Below are positions 60,181-64,000 of a stretch of DNA of 64,000 nucleotides, one piece after another. Position 1 is the stretch's first letter; the number at the start of each line of letters is the position of its first letter. This DNA comes from Toensbergia leucococca (Eukaryota). The notes below the pieces were generated by a model that was given only the letters and a program-made list of their open reading frames with translations, was not told where the DNA came from and searched no databases. The stretch lies in the NCBI GenBank assembly GCA_022813965.1, contig JALDZS010000021.1, positions 1 through 64,000 of the forward strand. Reading direction: 5' to 3'. Position numbers and translations under genes: made by a program.

Positions 60181-62192
60181 TGTACGCTGTAGGTTCTTTT
60201 TTCCTTTGAGAACGATCTTAATGCTTTTCATCTGCAGGGCACCGTTAATGCGTCCGATACAGGCAATGACATTATATCGTGATCTGACGATTCATCTGCG
60301 TATGCCTTCAACGTTACCTCGCCTAAAAGCCCTTACTTAAATATTCACATTCATCACCATAACATCTTCTTACGCAACCTCATACAACACCCTTCCGCAA
60401 CCTTATACAACACCCTTCCACCTTAGCTGTGTTAGCATCCGCTTCATCATTCTGTTCTTCATCTTAACACCCAACTCACAACAAGAACAAGATGGACGAC
60501 ACGGAATCTTTTGTCGTGAGCCCACTCACACTCAATGAATTCGACATGACTGACTCGATCCATCACGCACAGCCTGACTTCTATGATAGAGGTATCAAGC
60601 TCATTATGATCACTGACATCCTGAATGGCGTTGCCCTCCTCATCGTCCTCTTGTGTCTTTGGATCTTTGGACGCGAGTTAAACCCGTCGTGAATATTAGT
60701 CATTGGGACTATTTTCGCAACCTCCAGATACAGGGTGTCATCTTCTCGCCGTTGCATTCAAGATTGGCACTTGATTCTTCTTTAGCCTAACAGGATAGGA
60801 ATCAATGAGGTAAGGATCTCTCTGTAATCTGACTCAAGTTATAGTCTTACTTCTGACTAACATATCTCAGTTTTAGCTGCCAGATGATGATGAGGGTACC
60901 AGGTATCTCGTTCTCTACGTCTCCGATATCTCGGAATCTGGTGGGCCAATTGTCAAGTATGGTCGGTCTACTGGAAAAACGGTTGGAAATCTTAGTCCTT
61001 GCATCAGCTATCTTCGATTCCCAGACACTGAATACACACTTTCATGTAGTTTTGTCAACGGGATCATCGTCCTTCAGTGAAGCCGGGGACGCCGGAGCAT
61101 GGGTTTTTGGGGATTTAAGCGCCGAGCTGGTAGGTATGCTATGGGGGACACTTACAAGTCGAGAGGGCACACCTTCGTCACGCCGATCAGAGCGATTCTT
61201 GGAAGATATTGAGAGGGTACTTGATTGCAGTGTGGAACTGCCAAGGTTTTCATCAGCCGTAGCTTAGCACTCCTTAGCATCTCTGTTAGCTACGAGAATC
61301 GAAGGCTTTTTCTCACCCCTTCACACAGGCTTATGAAGCATTGCCTGATTTTAAAGAGATACCCCGTTTTGCCCGACTGTCTTCTCGAATATCTGCTGTG
61401 GCTATCACGCCGCATTTTCTTTATCATTGTGTTCATCAACACGGGTTTCACTACTCTCACGACCCGTCACCCATCCAGGCAGATTTTTCGGTTCGAGAAA
61501 GGATAAACGGGGTGAGAAAATACGGATTCAAAGTGCTCTCCAGATTGATCGAGGGGCGAAAGTGAAATAGCAAGGAAGTGGAGACAAGAGGAACAAGGTT
61601 TGAGGAGGGAGGGGAGGCTGTTTTGAAAAAAAAACATTGATGAGAGCATTACGATCATGGGCATGCGTAATCACATAATATAGAGTACAAAAAAGTGTGC
61701 TATTGCTGTGGAAGTACGCTATTGTACTTAGATGTTCGTGAGAAAAATAAGTGCATCGTTGGATTGAGATTTACTCAGAGCTCACAACAGGGGTTGTGTA
61801 TATTTCTTGATTTACCTACCTACTGAGAGCCTTGATATGGCATCCCCTACTTCTGTTCTCTCCATAGCCTCTGACTATGAGCCGCGTGCTTTATTAATCG
61901 ACCTTCTTCGCTCTTTTGAAATTCATCAGAGCATGGAAGCACATCGCCGTTCGATGAAGCTGCGGCATTCATCTCTTGTGGAATGAATTGTTTTTCATTC
62001 CGGGGTATTTATGTCTCTCTTCGTTCTCTTCTTTTTGTTCCTGTTCCTGTCATCATCTCATCGATACCGATATATATAAAGTTTTTCTTTCCTTTTCTTT
62101 TCTTTTCTTATATATATATATATATTATATACACCCCGAACTTAGGATTGGGGATTGCCGTTCTGGGTCGGGAAAGGGAGCAAGGCCGCTTT

Positions 62193-62350
62193 AGAGGGAG
62201 CACCGAGGGAGCAGGGGAGAGCGTTGAGGGAGCAGGGGGAGCACTGGGGGAGCACTGGGGGAGCACTGGGGGAGCACTGAGGGAGCATTGAGGGAGCAGG
62301 GGGAGCACTGGGGGAGCAGGGGGGGAGCACTGAGGGAGCATTGAGGGAGT
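62193..62350. repeat. G-rich minisatellite with a 9-11-bp unit (core GGGAGCA)
   Basis: About 15 copies of gggagca(ctgg/ctga/ttga/gg), preceded by a (TA)n tract at about 62109-62131. Confidence 0.9.
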
Positions 62351-63231
62351 AGGGTCTTGTGTTTCGCAGGGGCGCAGCATTTGGGAGCCAAAACTGGCTT
62401 TATTCAGCCCGGCTTCAGTTGCCTACATTTTCCTTTAGACTCTGCCTCTACCAAGACCATAGAAATGCACTCCAAATTTATCATGCTTAGAGTCTAGCGC
62501 GGACTCGGTTTGCTCCGCTTAAGGGTAGTTGCTTACCCTGAAGCGATTTGACTCAACAAGTTCGAAAAGGGTGTGTCGCAAAAGGCTGGCTTGAATTAGA
62601 CTATTTTTAGTTCTTGAATCAAGATGGCTGTCGTGAGAAGGGAATTTTTTCTTGACTATTCGGCCATTCATCGCCCCCAAACACAGCCACGAATTTTATC
62701 CAATATAATTAGAGGGGGCACCGGCATCCAATTGTGAGTATTGACTGCGTTCTAGGTCTCCGCAGTCTTGCAAAATCTACAAGACGCATAGGGGGGCGCT
62801 AAGAACCTAACTGATTGGCCCAAGGCTAGAAAATAACCAGGGAGAAGGGCCTTTCTATTAAAGGAGGAAAGCTATGCTTTGTAAATCCGGCACCGTATCT
62901 TCTTAAACTCCTGTCTCTCTCTCTCCTAGAATATTATTTTTCATTGCTTTGACCTCGAGAACTGTCCCTCCTCTCATTCGTATCGCCAAGCACATGCGTT
63001 TCATTAACACAGAAACTCTTATTTTTACAGAGGGCGCAGTTGAAATTACTAAAATCAATATGCGATTCTATCCCACACCTGGAAAACGGGAGAAGAGTTG
63101 ACATATCAAGATTTCCTAAACCTAGACAAAGCACGGCTTCTCCGCTCCATAAATGCCAGGCCTTAGGGATTGGCCTTGAGAAGATCAGTGCGCTTGGCTG
63201 GCATGGGAGGGGGACGATGCAGCAGGCGATT

Positions 63232-63490
63232 TCATGGCTCCATATTCTCCACTTTGACGCTCCCATCGTCTCCTGTAGAGATCATAAGGTCGACATCCTG
63301 AACACCCATTTTGCTCTCATCCGGTGACTTTATTCGTCGTGTCGCCCACTTGTCATGGTTGACCTCGAAAACTCCCTGTACGGCTTCAGCATGAGCAATT
63401 ATCGCCCAAGTCGTGGAGTCGATGCTCGCCTCCCAACGTTCTTCGTGAACAACGATAGCTCCGTCGCCCGCCTGTACTGACAACACGTTC
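63232..63490 (-). pseudogene. fragment of the C-terminal WD40 blades of cytosolic Fe-S assembly protein Cia1, degenerate
   Basis: AGDGAIVVHEE...WAIIAHAEAVQGVFEVNHDKW...MISTGDDGSVKV matches the fungal Cia1 C-terminus with substitutions at conserved positions. The frame has a stop at about 63643 and no Cia1-like sequence upstream in the window. Confidence 0.55.
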
Positions 63491-64000
63491 AGATTCTGCC
63501 CAGGCCACCGATGTTCCGGGGGCCTTTGTGACCTCGAATCAGGACCATGCTGGACATTCAGCCTCATAGTTGCAAACGTGATCAGTGTAGTCCCAGTTCT
63601 AGAACTTGAAAGGGGTTTTAGAGGTACTATAACGGTAAGGCATCAACAGTAAGCCATCGCACTAAAGCTGTGTAGTCTTACTGGCATTTAATTGTGTCAA
63701 CTCCTAGTGAAGCCATATCGAAGATTTGATGGAAGGATTCTATACAGTAGGGTGGATGATGATTGATTCTTCTAGCTATTGAAAATGCTAAGTACTGCTA
63801 AGTACAGTAGACTACCAAGCCTGGCTCAGGACAAGCTCAGGACACGTCACACAACAATGCCACAGCAAAAGGAAAAGGAACGCCTTCGTTGCCATAGGAT
63901 AGCTCATTGCAATCACCTTGGTACAGGATCCACTGCGACAGAAACAGCCCAGGTTAGGTACAGCAAAAGCTCACAAGAAAGACTTGCGGCAAGCCTCAAG

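Noticed and set aside
60492..60692. 66-aa ATG ORF with a single hydrophobic C-terminal segment
   Set aside because: It is a plausible small membrane protein, but there is no homology or other support.
60690..61500. Possible decayed minus-strand gene with intron-like signals
   Set aside because: There are stops in all frames and no recognisable family.
62193..62350. CRISPR-like or telomeric array
   Set aside because: There are no unique spacers, the context is eukaryotic, and the unit is not TTAGGG.

Overview
This is eukaryotic, intron-containing DNA from a filamentous ascomycete (Pezizomycotina), judged from short GT-AG introns with CTAAC/CTGAC branch points and fungal-type housekeeping genes. 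About 22 protein-coding genes can be supported. They include TCD1/2-like ThiF, DUF4336-like, REI1/TRI15-like zinc finger, MARVEL, Cys2-type serine acyltransferase, OCH1, ROM2, VMA11, a PKA catalytic subunit, VPS17, MEF2, an Atg38-like protein, a LAM/GRAM-VASt sterol transporter, Acinus-like and TMEM184-like genes. The most notable feature is a compact three-gene cluster at 11.2-14.8 kb. It comprises a CDA-family deaminase, a COG0212-type 5-formyl-THF cyclo-ligase paralog and a DHA1 MFS transporter, and the latter two share a divergent promoter carrying a duplicated 17-bp motif. It may be an undescribed B-vitamin or heterocycle salvage module. Also notable: a candidate non-coding host with orphan C/D-box snoRNAs (2.6-3.4 kb), a divergent hemerythrin plus NAD(P)-binding reductase pair, a Clr5/HTH gene sharing a duplicated domain with its neighbour, degenerate Tc1-like and Ty3/gypsy relics, a CIA1 pseudogene fragment, and recurring C-rich to G-rich skew flips. 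All family calls come from motif recognition by eye; no database searches were run. Exon boundaries are manual predictions.
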